A stretch of 64,000 nucleotides of DNA from Methylophilaceae bacterium (GCA_036479055.1 JAZGEZ010000026.1:11024-75023); one strand, 5' to 3'; positions 50,700 to 59,680 are shown, counted from the stretch's first letter. Notes: generated from the letters alone by a model not told the origin. Numbers and translations are program-made.

Positions 50700-51305
50700 T
50701 TAGCGCAGGCTTTCTGTCTTGACCTTTTTTGCTGTTTCAACTGGCGTTTGTTCAGAGGCAGTATTTTTGTTCTGATGACTAAGTCCACTTACCTCTTTAG
50801 GACTTACCGACTTAGGGCTTACCTCTTTAGGATTGCTGTGCAAGTAAACCACCAGCTCATTTAAAGCGGATGTATACACCTCTCGCTTAAATTCAACCAC
50901 ATCCTCTAACGGCACCCAGTAATCACTCCAGCGCCAAGCATCAAATTCAGGGTGTTTAGTTGCCCGCAATGAAACATCTGTATCGCGCCCTACTAAGCGC
51001 AACAAAAACCAAATCTGTTTTTGTCCTCGATAACTGTTGCGCCATTCGCGTTTAATCCAGCTCTTTGGCACCTCGTAGCGGTGCCAATCTCGCGTCCGTC
51101 CCAGAATTTCGACATGTTCAGGCCGCAAACCAACTTCCTCCATTAGTTCACGATACATGGCTACCTCTGGGCTTTCTCCATGGTCAATACCACCTTGGGG
51201 GAACTGCCAAGCGTGCTCTTTTATCCGCTTACCCCAAAACACTTTATTTTGCTCATTACACAAAATGATGCCCACATTTGGACGAAACCCGTCACGATCT
51301 AACAT
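50700..51305 (-). CDS. rppH: RNA pyrophosphohydrolase RppH with a repeat-containing C-terminal extension
   Basis: [19 protein letters not shown] and Nudix box ...ELMEEVGL. The extra tail contains [15 protein letters not shown]. Confidence 0.9.
   Translation of the reverse strand: MLDRDGFRPNVGIILCNEQNKVFWGKRIKEHAWQFPQGGIDHGESPEVAMYRELMEEVGLRPEHVEILGRTRDWHRYEVPKSWIKREWRNSYRGQKQIWFLLRLVGRDTDVSLRATKHPEFDAWRWSDYWVPLEDVVEFKREVYTSALNELVVYLHSNPKEVSPKSVSPKEVSGLSHQNKNTASEQTPVETAKKVKTESLR
50788..50832. repeat. Three 15-bp in-frame tandem repeats in the rppH 3' region (encode [15 protein letters not shown])
   Basis: CTTACCTCTTTAGGA / CTTACCGACTTAGGG / CTTACCTCTTTAGGA read directly. Confidence 0.9.
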
Positions 51306-51320
51306 ACACGATCTAACATA
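51293..51320. repeat. Exact 14-bp tandem duplication (CACGATCTAACATA x2) spanning the rppH start codon
   Basis: 51293-51306 equals 51307-51320. On the minus strand this gives two ATG TTA GAT CGT copies 14 nt apart. Confidence 0.9.
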
Positions 51321-51427
51321 ATTGTACTGCCAACTAATATTTAATATGATTTTTTCATACTTTAACCACGAATGAAAGTAGAGCTTTGGTTTTAGCCTAT
51401 AATAATATTTCCCAAACAGGATGACGT

Positions 51428-52396
51428 ATGCCTTTTCTCAATCAACGATGGTTAATTTTCACCGCTTGTTTAGCACTTGCCGCTTGTACCAATAAGGCTG
51501 CGCAAAATAACTTTGCCTACATAACCAATCAGGGTGATAACACTGTTTCTGTCATCGACATCGATCAGCAGGCTGTCGTCAACACCATCACGGTCGATAA
51601 AGCGCCCGTTGGGGTCACAGGGTCATCAAAGCTAAAACGTGTTTTTATCACCAATGTAGAAAGCGCAAATATTTCAGTCATCGACACCCTGACAAATAAA
51701 GTGATTCATACCATTCCGATCAAAGGCTCTCCAGTCGGCATTGCTATCGCACCAAATGCTAAAACACTTTATATAGCAGATTGGTATAACAACCGTGTCA
51801 TTGCAATAGACCCTAAAACGTATGCAGTACTTGGTAAAGCAATCGTAGAGAAAGCGCCCGCAGGCATCACCGTCAGCCCAGATAGTCAACTACTGTACGT
51901 CGCTGTACGCGACTCCAATGAAATTGTTGTGTTGGATACAGCCAGCCTCAGCATAACGAAACGCATTGCGGTTGGCCAACACCCTTTTGGCCTATCACTG
52001 AGTGCAGATGGCAGCCATTTATATAGTGTCAATGTCTATGACAACACGGTTTCTATCATCAACACCACAACTTGGGCGCAAACCAGCATCTCCGTGGGAG
52101 ACCACCCCTATTGTGCGGTAGCAAGCGCAGACAATAAAACCTTATATGTCACAAATACTTTAGATGAAAGCGTATCTATCATTGATATTGCCAGCAAAAA
52201 AATGATCGCCACCGTTAATGTAGGTGAAACGCCTGAGGGCATTAGCTACGATGCTGACAATAAACTAGTGTTAGTCGCAAACTGGGGAGAAAATAGCGTC
52301 ACCATCATTGATGCAACGACGAACATAGTAACCAATACGATTCAAGTCGGCGACAAACCACGTGCCTTTGGCGCGTTTATGCTAGGCAATAATTAA
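51428..52396 (+). CDS. YVTN-family beta-propeller repeat lipoprotein
   Basis: Lipobox LALAAC. About 40-aa units of the type N.VSVID........I.VG..P.GI..S.DG..LYV are repeated about 7 times. Confidence 0.8.
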   Translation: MPFLNQRWLIFTACLALAACTNKAAQNNFAYITNQGDNTVSVIDIDQQAVVNTITVDKAPVGVTGSSKLKRVFITNVESANISVIDTLTNKVIHTIPIKGSPVGIAIAPNAKTLYIADWYNNRVIAIDPKTYAVLGKAIVEKAPAGITVSPDSQLLYVAVRDSNEIVVLDTASLSITKRIAVGQHPFGLSLSADGSHLYSVNVYDNTVSIINTTTWAQTSISVGDHPYCAVASADNKTLYVTNTLDESVSIIDIASKKMIATVNVGETPEGISYDADNKLVLVANWGENSVTIIDATTNIVTNTIQVGDKPRAFGAFMLGNN

Positions 52397-52565
52397 CGTG
52401 ATAAGTCAACCCATGCTGCCACCAACCGTTATTCTTAGCGTAGGCTTAAACGATGAAGTCATCTATAATAGTGTAGTAGTGAAACAATAATGAAGTCCGC
52501 TGCATTTACAATTTAGTGGCTATCTAGTTTTAGATATATTTTTAATACTTTTTGGGAGACCTTAC

Positions 52566-53087
52566 ATGAAGAAGTTTTTAGCATTAATCGCCCTTGCTGC
52601 ATTTTCAGTTACTGCATTTGCACACGGACCAACACCACAAAAAATTGACAATCGCATCGTCATTAAAGCAGAACCCGCTAAAGTTTGGGCAATGGTTAAA
52701 GACATTGCAAACGTGCAAGCATGGTTGCCAACGGTTGAAAGTGCAAAAGTAGAGAAAAAAGGCGCTGACACCTTCAGAACGCTTACCCTTAAAAATGGCG
52801 GCAAAGTAATCGAGCGCGTCAAAAGTATTGATGATGACAATATGAAAGTTAAATTTGAAGTGATTGAAGGTGTGCCAGCTTCAAACTACAACCCTTATAT
52901 CTCGGTGAAAAAAGGCCCTAATGCAGGTGAAAGTGAAGTGAGATACTTCCACCGCTTTTATCGCTTTTATCCACAAAACCCACCTATTCCTGAAGGCCAA
53001 GATGAAGCAGCCGCCATTAAATTTATTGAAGATACTTATGGTCCAGGCTTAGAAAACCTTAAAAAAGTACTTGAAAACTCAAAGTAA
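52566..53087 (+). CDS. Periplasmic SRPBCC-family protein, MxaD-like
   Basis: The signal peptide ends FA/HGPTPQK. AEPAKVWAMVKD and the C-terminal DEAAAIKFIEDTYGPGLENLK resemble my memory of MxaD from methanol-oxidation clusters. Confidence 0.6.
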   Translation: MKKFLALIALAAFSVTAFAHGPTPQKIDNRIVIKAEPAKVWAMVKDIANVQAWLPTVESAKVEKKGADTFRTLTLKNGGKVIERVKSIDDDNMKVKFEVIEGVPASNYNPYISVKKGPNAGESEVRYFHRFYRFYPQNPPIPEGQDEAAAIKFIEDTYGPGLENLKKVLENSK

Positions 53088-53251
53088 CAAGCTCGGAAAC
53101 CAGCGCAACTTCCAAAGCTTCAGATAACAAACCTAGCGCCAGCAAGAAAATAACTAATAATACACCTCGTAAAATAGCTAAAAAAAAGCCTTGGTGGAAA
53201 TTTTGGTAGCCTTGATGGGTAATAAGTGACAAAAAATGTCACCCTATAAGC

Positions 53252-53280
53252 AAAAAAGCGGGGATTCTCCCCGCTTTTTT
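53252..53280 (+). terminator. Rho-independent terminator about 165 nt downstream of the SRPBCC gene stop
   Basis: GCGGGGA-TTC-TCCCCGC hairpin flanked by A6 and T6. Confidence 0.8.
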
Positions 53281-53371
53281 ATTGCTTAAACAATCTACAA
53301 TCACTTTAAATACTCCACAATAAATTATTATTTTATTTATATTCAGTACCTTACAGTAAAAAATGAAAAGT

Positions 53372-53386
53372 TGGCACGAGCGTTGC
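53372..53386 (+). promoter_or_regulatory. Sigma54 (-24/-12) promoter upstream of the first pilin gene
   Basis: TGGCAC-GAGCG-TTGC read directly. This is an exact match to TGGCAC-N5-TTGC. The -12 element lies 88 nt before the pilin ATG. Confidence 0.7.
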
Positions 53387-53473
53387 TAATATCTTTGCAA
53401 GCACTGATACTTACTACTTTTAGTGTGTTTAACTTAAATAGTAATACTAATATTTTTTACAAAGGAAATAAAA

Positions 53474-53815
53474 ATGAACATGAAACAAGTACAAAAAGGT
53501 TTTACCTTAATCGAGCTAATGATCGTTGTTGCGATTATCGGCATTTTGGCAGCAGTTGCGATTCCTGCTTACTCTAACTACACTATTACATCAGCAAACA
53601 ATGCTTGTTTAGCAGAAGCTAAAGCTTACTCTAACTATGCTTTGATTGAGTTTAGTCAAGGCGCTGCGCCTGCTAATGCCCCTTCTGATGCGGCATGTAC
53701 TGGTACTACTGATGCTTCTGCCTTGGCTGCTATGGGTGTTATCACTGCTACTCCAGCTACTCCTGGTACAGGCCTAGTTACTTGTACAATTGATGGTAAC
53801 TGTACACATGCCTAA
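53474..53815 (+). CDS. pilA: Type IVa major-pilin-like protein (short; about 104 aa mature)
   Basis: Class III leader [33 protein letters not shown], with 4 Cys in the C-terminal half. Confidence 0.9.
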   Translation: MNMKQVQKGFTLIELMIVVAIIGILAAVAIPAYSNYTITSANNACLAEAKAYSNYALIEFSQGAAPANAPSDAACTGTTDASALAAMGVITATPATPGTGLVTCTIDGNCTHA

Positions 53816-53854
53816 CTAGCAAACCACGATAAGCAGAGCTAATGTTTATCTAAT

Positions 53855-53880
53855 CAAAAGCCCTTCTTCGGAGGGGCTTT
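53855..53880 (+). terminator. Rho-independent terminator after pilin 1
   Basis: GCCCTTC-TTCG-GAGGGGC 7-bp stem (one G-U pair) with a UUCG tetraloop, then T4. Confidence 0.7.
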
Positions 53881-53994
53881 TCTTGAGCTAAATTATTTAC
53901 CTCAAAACATTGAACTTAATTTAACAATAAGGCTGATATGCTTTTACCTGCATCTAGGCTTATTGCTTACACCAATAAAGCAAGGGAGTTAAAA

Positions 53995-54339
53995 ATGACT
54001 CAAATACAAAAAGGTTTTACCTTGATCGAGCTAATGATCGTTGTTGCGATTATCGGTATTTTGGCAGCAGTTGCGATCCCTGCTTATTCTAATTACACAA
54101 TAAGATCTGCAAATCAATCCTGCTTGCTAGAAACAAAAGCTTATACACACGCAGTATTGGTAGCGCTCGGCAACAATTCCGCAGTGCCAACTCCACTGTA
54201 TGGTGCATGTGACAACACTTCTACTGATGCAAGCGGGTGGACAATGGCAACTCTTGCCAATATTATTGGTACCCCGCGTGCACCAGGTAACACAAATTCC
54301 ACTTGTGCAGCAGCTACCTCTGCTTCTTGTACACTTTAA
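53995..54339 (+). CDS. Type IVa pilin paralog (about 107 aa mature)
   Basis: AGGGAG RBS, then [31 protein letters not shown]. It has 4 Cys at positions equivalent to pilin 1. The ORF-track start at 53938 was rejected. Confidence 0.9.
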   Translation: MTQIQKGFTLIELMIVVAIIGILAAVAIPAYSNYTIRSANQSCLLETKAYTHAVLVALGNNSAVPTPLYGACDNTSTDASGWTMATLANIIGTPRAPGNTNSTCAAATSASCTL

Positions 54340-54355
54340 AAACCTAACCTCAGTT

Positions 54356-54383
54356 AAAAAGCCCATCTATTGTTGGGCTTTTT
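54356..54383. terminator. Bidirectional terminator between pilin 2 and the convergent cNMP/rhodanese gene
   Basis: AAAAAGCCCA-loop-TGGGCTTTTT hairpin. Confidence 0.7.
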
Positions 54384-54405
54384 AACTCTTTACTTCAATC
54401 AAACG

Positions 54406-55533
54406 TTAGATCGAACTACGCGTCCCACCCTCTAACACCACTGCATTAACACCATACTGCGCTAAAATAAAAGCAGCAGCAGAGCTACGCCGCCCTGTTT
54501 GGCAATAAACGATATATTCCTTGTCCTTATCTAGCCAATCTATTTTTTCGCGTAGCTCATGGATAGGGGCATTAATCGCGCCATCAATATGATGATATTT
54601 AAATTCTGACTCAAAACGCACATCCATCCATACTGCACCCTCAGCCACACGTTGTTTAGCTTGTGCCATGTTCACCATGTTGACAACTGGCGTTTTAAGC
54701 AGCTCAACAAAGTCTTCTTTTTTCAGGCGTAACAATTGGCCGTCGGTCTTCATTTTGACGGTAGCATTACGCTTAGTATCCGAAGCCAAAGCCTCTTCAC
54801 CAAAGGCATCACCATCTGAAATTTCTGCTAAAACAACTGGCGGCTGACTAACCTCATGAATGCGGCTAACAATGGCGGTGCCTTGCTGAATAAGGTAATA
54901 GTAATCGCCTTCTTGCCCTTGTGTCACAATCGTTTGATTGGCTTTTACATCCAGCTGCGTTAACCGTTCAAACAAAGCCTCAATATTGGCGGCAGGCACT
55001 TTACCAAATACGCCATTTTTCAGCTTAAAGGCATTAAAGCTTTCGCCATCTATTTTTACTTCGTTTTGCGGAGCGCTAGTCTTGTTTGCTTTGGCATCTG
55101 CTGAGGCATAACCGCCAATTTGATCCCATGTCAGCATAATATCTAACAAATCCAAATCAATACGCACGACTTCAATAGGGGCAATGGCGATGGTGTCTTT
55201 AATTTTTAACCGTTCTGAATCGATGGGGTGCTTCGCGGCTGGGCTGCCACCACGCAATACAAGCTTTTTTCCGTTTTCGTAACGGATGCCCAAATCACCT
55301 TTAATTAGGTATAACGCTTCCAGCGCTTGATCGCTCATGCGCGTCGGGTCTAGGTCTTTACTGACCTTCTCTATAATTGCCACTTCGGCTAATTCATCTA
55401 TCCTGGCTGGAGAAAGCCTCATAATAGGCGCTAATTGCACTAATATTTCTTTGCCCGCCATTAATGGCTTGTTAGTACTTGCAGATGGATCCATGTATTT
55501 ATCGTCTTTTAATTTTAAAGGGCTAATGCTCAT
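54406..55533 (-). CDS. Cyclic-nucleotide-binding domain protein fused to a C-terminal rhodanese domain
   Basis: cNMP block GDYYYLIQQG...GDAFGEEAL...RNATV. Rhodanese block WMDVR...HIDGAINAP...YCQTGRRS with the active-site Cys. Confidence 0.75.
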   Translation of the reverse strand: MSISPLKLKDDKYMDPSASTNKPLMAGKEILVQLAPIMRLSPARIDELAEVAIIEKVSKDLDPTRMSDQALEALYLIKGDLGIRYENGKKLVLRGGSPAAKHPIDSERLKIKDTIAIAPIEVVRIDLDLLDIMLTWDQIGGYASADAKANKTSAPQNEVKIDGESFNAFKLKNGVFGKVPAANIEALFERLTQLDVKANQTIVTQGQEGDYYYLIQQGTAIVSRIHEVSQPPVVLAEISDGDAFGEEALASDTKRNATVKMKTDGQLLRLKKEDFVELLKTPVVNMVNMAQAKQRVAEGAVWMDVRFESEFKYHHIDGAINAPIHELREKIDWLDKDKEYIVYCQTGRRSSAAAFILAQYGVNAVVLEGGTRSSI

Positions 55534-55805
55534 TGCTTAATCTAAAAGCATCAATCTAAGCAAAGAGTGCTCTATTAGGTGTTTTCTACAACCCTTGACA
55601 TCATTCTAACATCCTCATTCAGTTTAAAGATGCCAAATATAAACTCAGGCTGGATATATCAAATAGGTCGTTGAGACTCAAGTCTATCCACAGTCTTACT
55701 AAGACCAAATACTTGAACAATGCCCTCTACAATTTATAGCAATACACATTCATCAAAATCACTTAATATAATGTTATTAATCAATAAAAGTTAAAAGCCG
55801 AACAG

Positions 55806-56459
55806 ATGAATGACAAGCCGATTGAAATAGCACGCGACAACAACCCCGAATACAGTGTCATTTGGTTGCATGGCTTAGGGGCGGATGGTCATGACTTTTC
55901 TCCTGTCGTCGACATGCTAGACCTAGCTAAGCACCGCTTTATCTTACCGCATGCGCCTTACCAAAAAGTAACCGTCAATAACGGCCATGAAATGCGTGCA
56001 TGGTATGACATTTACGGCATCGAGCCTGATAGCGAGCAAGATGAGGTGGGTATCCGACAAACGCAAAGCCAAATTGAAGTGTTAATAGAAAAAGAGCTTG
56101 CTAAAGGTGTGCCTAGCCAAAAAATTGTACTGGCTGGCTTTTCTCAAGGGGGTGCAATCGCTCTACAGACAGCACTACGCTATAAGAAAAAATTGGCTGG
56201 CGTAATAGCGTTATCCACTTACCTACCTCTGAAAAGTTTTTTAGCCACTGAAAAATCGCTTGAAAATCAATTGATACCGATTTTTATGGCACATGGAACG
56301 CATGATGAAGTCATTAGCTTGGCAACAAGCAAGCTGTCATTAGCACATTTACAAGCTGAACAATACCAAGTGCAATGGCATGAATACCCAATTGCACATA
56401 GTGTATCGATAGAAGAAATCGATGAAATTCGCACATTTTTATTAAGTATTGCTGAATGA
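55806..56459 (+). CDS. Carboxylesterase/phospholipase family alpha/beta hydrolase
   Basis: VIWLHGLGADGHDF and nucleophile elbow GFSQGG. C-terminal HG..D and H residues would complete the triad. Confidence 0.85.
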   Translation: MNDKPIEIARDNNPEYSVIWLHGLGADGHDFSPVVDMLDLAKHRFILPHAPYQKVTVNNGHEMRAWYDIYGIEPDSEQDEVGIRQTQSQIEVLIEKELAKGVPSQKIVLAGFSQGGAIALQTALRYKKKLAGVIALSTYLPLKSFLATEKSLENQLIPIFMAHGTHDEVISLATSKLSLAHLQAEQYQVQWHEYPIAHSVSIEEIDEIRTFLLSIAE

Positions 56460-56536
56460 GCTACTTTTAGCACGCCAGCCACACTAAATTTTGCTAAAAT
56501 AGCGCTACTGTCGACAACGTAAACTAACGCACTAAC

Positions 56537-56776
56537 ATGCAAAAAAAATCTAGTCATGCAACGCCGCCTAATTATGAGACTGCAATTGCAGAGCTAGAGG
56601 CAATCGTCAGTCAAATGGAGTCGGAAACGCTTCCGCTTGAAAAGTCATTAGAGGCTTACAAACGTGGTGCTGAGCTCCTAAAAGTGTGCCAGCAATCACT
56701 TACAAACGCAGAACAGCAAGTGCAGGTTATTTCTGAAAAAAATAAACTAAGTGCTTTTAATCCCAACAAAGAATAA
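56537..56776 (+). CDS. xseB: Exodeoxyribonuclease VII small subunit
   Basis: 79 aa. YETAIAELEAIVSQMES..LPLEKSLEAYKRGAEL. Conserved xseB-ispA-dxs order. Confidence 0.9.
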   Translation: MQKKSSHATPPNYETAIAELEAIVSQMESETLPLEKSLEAYKRGAELLKVCQQSLTNAEQQVQVISEKNKLSAFNPNKE

Positions 56777-56786
56777 ATCAACCTAA

Positions 56787-57710
56787 ATGGCTAATGTAGC
56801 AACAGCGACAGCAGAAAACCAAGCACAAGCTTTTACCGAATGGGTAAAACACATGCAATTGCATGTAGAGGATGTTTTAGATAAAAGTCTGCCGGCAACA
56901 AATGCTACGCCTAAACGCCTGCACGAAGCAATGCGCTACGCTACCCTTGGTGGCGGTAAACGTGTACGGGCGCTGCTCGCTTATGCGGCAGGCGCATTTT
57001 GTGGTGCTGATATTGAAAAAGTAGATGCCGCTGCCGCTGCCGTAGAGTTAATACATGCTTTTTCACTCGTACATGATGACATGCCATGTATGGACGATGA
57101 TGATTTGCGCCGAGGCAAACCATCGACACATAAAAAATACGGCGAGGCGACTGCGCTACTGGTTGGAGACTCACTACAAAGTTTAGCTTTTCAATTAATT
57201 TCTCAAGACCTTAATATTAGAAGCCCGCAAAAAATTAAAATCCTGCATTTGCTGGCTTTGGCAACAGGGTCTAGAGGGATGGCAGGTGGGCAAGCGATCG
57301 ATATTGATAGTGTTGGCATTCCTTTAACAGAAGCAGAACTCGAAACAATGCATATTCACAAGACTGGCGCATTGATACGAGCAGCCACTTTAATGGGCGC
57401 TTATAGTGCATACCGTCAAAATGAAGAAAAAATTAAAGCGGCAGACCATTTCTCAAAATCAATAGGCTTGGCTTTTCAAGTAGTAGACGACATTTTAGAC
57501 GCTGAAGCTGACACACAAACCTTAGGTAAAACTGCAGGTAAAGATGCCGACCGTAACAAGTCAACTTATGTCACCATCTTAGGGCTTGATGAAGCAAAAA
57601 AATTAGCCGGCGAACTACATGCTAACGCGATGGCCGCCTTATCATTTTACGGTCACGAAGCCGATTTATTAAGGCACTTGGCTAACTTTATTACACAACG
57701 CAACTTCTAA
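56787..57710 (+). CDS. ispA: Farnesyl diphosphate synthase
   Basis: FARM motif LVHDDMPCMDDDDLRRG and SARM motif VVDDILD. Confidence 0.9.
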   Translation: MANVATATAENQAQAFTEWVKHMQLHVEDVLDKSLPATNATPKRLHEAMRYATLGGGKRVRALLAYAAGAFCGADIEKVDAAAAAVELIHAFSLVHDDMPCMDDDDLRRGKPSTHKKYGEATALLVGDSLQSLAFQLISQDLNIRSPQKIKILHLLALATGSRGMAGGQAIDIDSVGIPLTEAELETMHIHKTGALIRAATLMGAYSAYRQNEEKIKAADHFSKSIGLAFQVVDDILDAEADTQTLGKTAGKDADRNKSTYVTILGLDEAKKLAGELHANAMAALSFYGHEADLLRHLANFITQRNF

Positions 57711-57725
57711 ATAGAAGTATTGCCT

Positions 57726-59591
57726 ATGTCGTCTTTATTACCTTCAATCAACTCACCTAGCGACTTGCGTCAACTAGACCATGAGCAGCTGTCAACACTG
57801 GCAAAAGAGTTACGTGCTTTTTTAATCGATAGCGTTTCAAAAACGGGTGGCCATTTAGCTTCAAATTTAGGGGTTGTAGAGCTTACCATTGCTTTACATT
57901 ACGTATTCAATACGCCAGAAGATAGATTGGTGTGGGATGTTGGCCATCAAACTTATCCGCACAAAATCTTGACTGGCCGTCGCAATGAAATGGCCAGTTT
58001 ACGCAAAGAAAAAGGCATTGCTGGCTTTCCGAGAAAGTCTGAAAGTGAATATGACACTTTTGGCACAGGGCATTCCAGCACTTCCATCTCTGCTGCATTA
58101 GGGATGGCTGTTGCCGCAAAACAAGCAGACTCTGACCGCCGTAGCATCGCCGTTATTGGAGATGGGGCCCTGACTGCAGGCATGGCTTTTGAAGCGCTTA
58201 ACAATGCTGGTGAAACTAACGCTAATATGCTGGTTATCTTAAATGATAATGATATGAGCATTTCAAAAAATGTTGGTGCCCTTAATAATTATTTGGCAAA
58301 GCTGTTATCTGGGCGCTTATATGATCGCGTACGTAAAACAGGTAAACAGGTGCTGGATATTGTGCCTCCAGTTAAAGAGTTTGCTAGGCGAGCTGAAGAG
58401 CATGCTAAAGGCATGGTTTATCCAGGTGGTACATTATTTGAAGAATTTGGTTTTAATTATATTGGGCCTATTGATGGGCACGATATTGATGCACTAGTCG
58501 ATACCTTAAGTAACATACGCGCGCTCGATGGCATGCAGTTTTTACATATCGTCACACAAAAAGGCAAAGGTTTTGAGCCTGCAGAGGATGACCCCAATAA
58601 ATACCATGGGGTCAGCAAATTTGACCCGTGTAATGGCATTTCACATCCTAGCAATAATAAAAAAACCTACACACAAGTGTTCTCTGATTGGTTAGTCGAC
58701 ATGGCGGACAAGGACAGCCAATTGATTGCCATTACACCTGCCATGTGTGACGGTAGTGGGTTAAATACTTTCGCTAACCAATACCCTGACCGCTATTTTG
58801 ACGTAGGGATTGCCGAACAACATGCACTTACTTTTGCTGCAGGGATGGCTTGCGATGGACTGAAACCAGTGATTGCCATTTACAGCACGTTTTTGCAACG
58901 TGCTTACGATCAACTTATTCATGATGTGGCATTGCAAAATTTAGATGTGCTCTTAGCCATTGATCGTGCAGGCTTAGTCGGCGCCGATGGGCCTACACAT
59001 GCGGGCAGTTTTGACTTATCTTATTTACGTTGCATACCCAATATTGTCATTATGGCGCCTAGTGACGAAAATGAATGTAGACAAATGTTAACAACCGGCC
59101 ATCACTATAAAGGGACTGCCGCGGTACGTTATCCTCGCGGCACAGGAACAGGTGCATCCATTTCTCCTGCGCTAGACACCTTGCCAATCGGAAAAGCTGA
59201 AGTCATACGAAACAACTCATTAAAGAGCGAGAATAAAGTCGCTATTTTAGCCTTTGGTAGTATGCTAGCGCCTAGTTTAGGTGCTGCTGAGGAACTTAAT
59301 GCTAGCGTTGTGAACATGCGTTTCATTAAACCTCTGGACATTGACCTTATTAAAAAAATGGCTCAATCACATGATTTAATCGTTACCGTAGAAGAAAATA
59401 GCCTAATGGGCGGTGCTGGTTCGGCTGTAATGGAGGCAATGCAAGCAATCAACCTGACAACACCCACACTTTGCCTCGGCTTGCCTGACGTGTTTATTGA
59501 ACATGGCGTTCATGAAACCATGCTGATGCAATGTGGTCTAGATAGCACGGGCATTACAAAAGCAATTCAAACAAGGTTGTCTTCACGCTAA
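57726..59591 (+). CDS. dxs: 1-deoxy-D-xylulose-5-phosphate synthase
   Basis: [18 protein letters not shown]-terminus, GGHLASNLG and [16 protein letters not shown] preferred the ATG at 57726 over the TTG at 57720. Confidence 0.95.
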   Translation: MSSLLPSINSPSDLRQLDHEQLSTLAKELRAFLIDSVSKTGGHLASNLGVVELTIALHYVFNTPEDRLVWDVGHQTYPHKILTGRRNEMASLRKEKGIAGFPRKSESEYDTFGTGHSSTSISAALGMAVAAKQADSDRRSIAVIGDGALTAGMAFEALNNAGETNANMLVILNDNDMSISKNVGALNNYLAKLLSGRLYDRVRKTGKQVLDIVPPVKEFARRAEEHAKGMVYPGGTLFEEFGFNYIGPIDGHDIDALVDTLSNIRALDGMQFLHIVTQKGKGFEPAEDDPNKYHGVSKFDPCNGISHPSNNKKTYTQVFSDWLVDMADKDSQLIAITPAMCDGSGLNTFANQYPDRYFDVGIAEQHALTFAAGMACDGLKPVIAIYSTFLQRAYDQLIHDVALQNLDVLLAIDRAGLVGADGPTHAGSFDLSYLRCIPNIVIMAPSDENECRQMLTTGHHYKGTAAVRYPRGTGTGASISPALDTLPIGKAEVIRNNSLKSENKVAILAFGSMLAPSLGAAEELNASVVNMRFIKPLDIDLIKKMAQSHDLIVTVEENSLMGGAGSAVMEAMQAINLTTPTLCLGLPDVFIEHGVHETMLMQCGLDSTGITKAIQTRLSSR

Positions 59592-59661
59592 GACTTTTGA
59601 TAGCAAATTGCCTTATCAAGAAAATAACCATTTACACGGTGACGCAGACGAGTAGAATTTT

Positions 59662-59680
59662 AATAATGATAATTACGATG
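59662..59680. promoter_or_regulatory. Candidate Fur/Zur-family operator upstream of folE2
   Basis: AATAATGATAATTACGATG matches about 14 of 19 positions of the Fur box. The right half, ATTACGA, equals the B. subtilis-type Zur half-site. It lies 39-57 nt upstream of the ATG. Confidence 0.3.

Noticed and set aside
53058-53074. dnaX-like slippery run (CTT AAA AAA G) near the end of the SRPBCC gene
   Set aside because: A -1 shift here hits a TGA at 53072-53074 almost at once, so it cannot feed the downstream open frame.
53371-53577. 68-aa ORF starting at a TTG at 53371 and overlapping the pilin start
   Set aside because: It overlaps the sigma54 promoter and is out of frame with an unmistakable prepilin gene. 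Its composition is not protein-like.
53938-53994. Upstream start for pilin 2 that would give a 26-aa leader
   Set aside because: The ATG at 53995 has an AGGGAG RBS and gives the standard 7-aa class III leader MTQIQKG/F.
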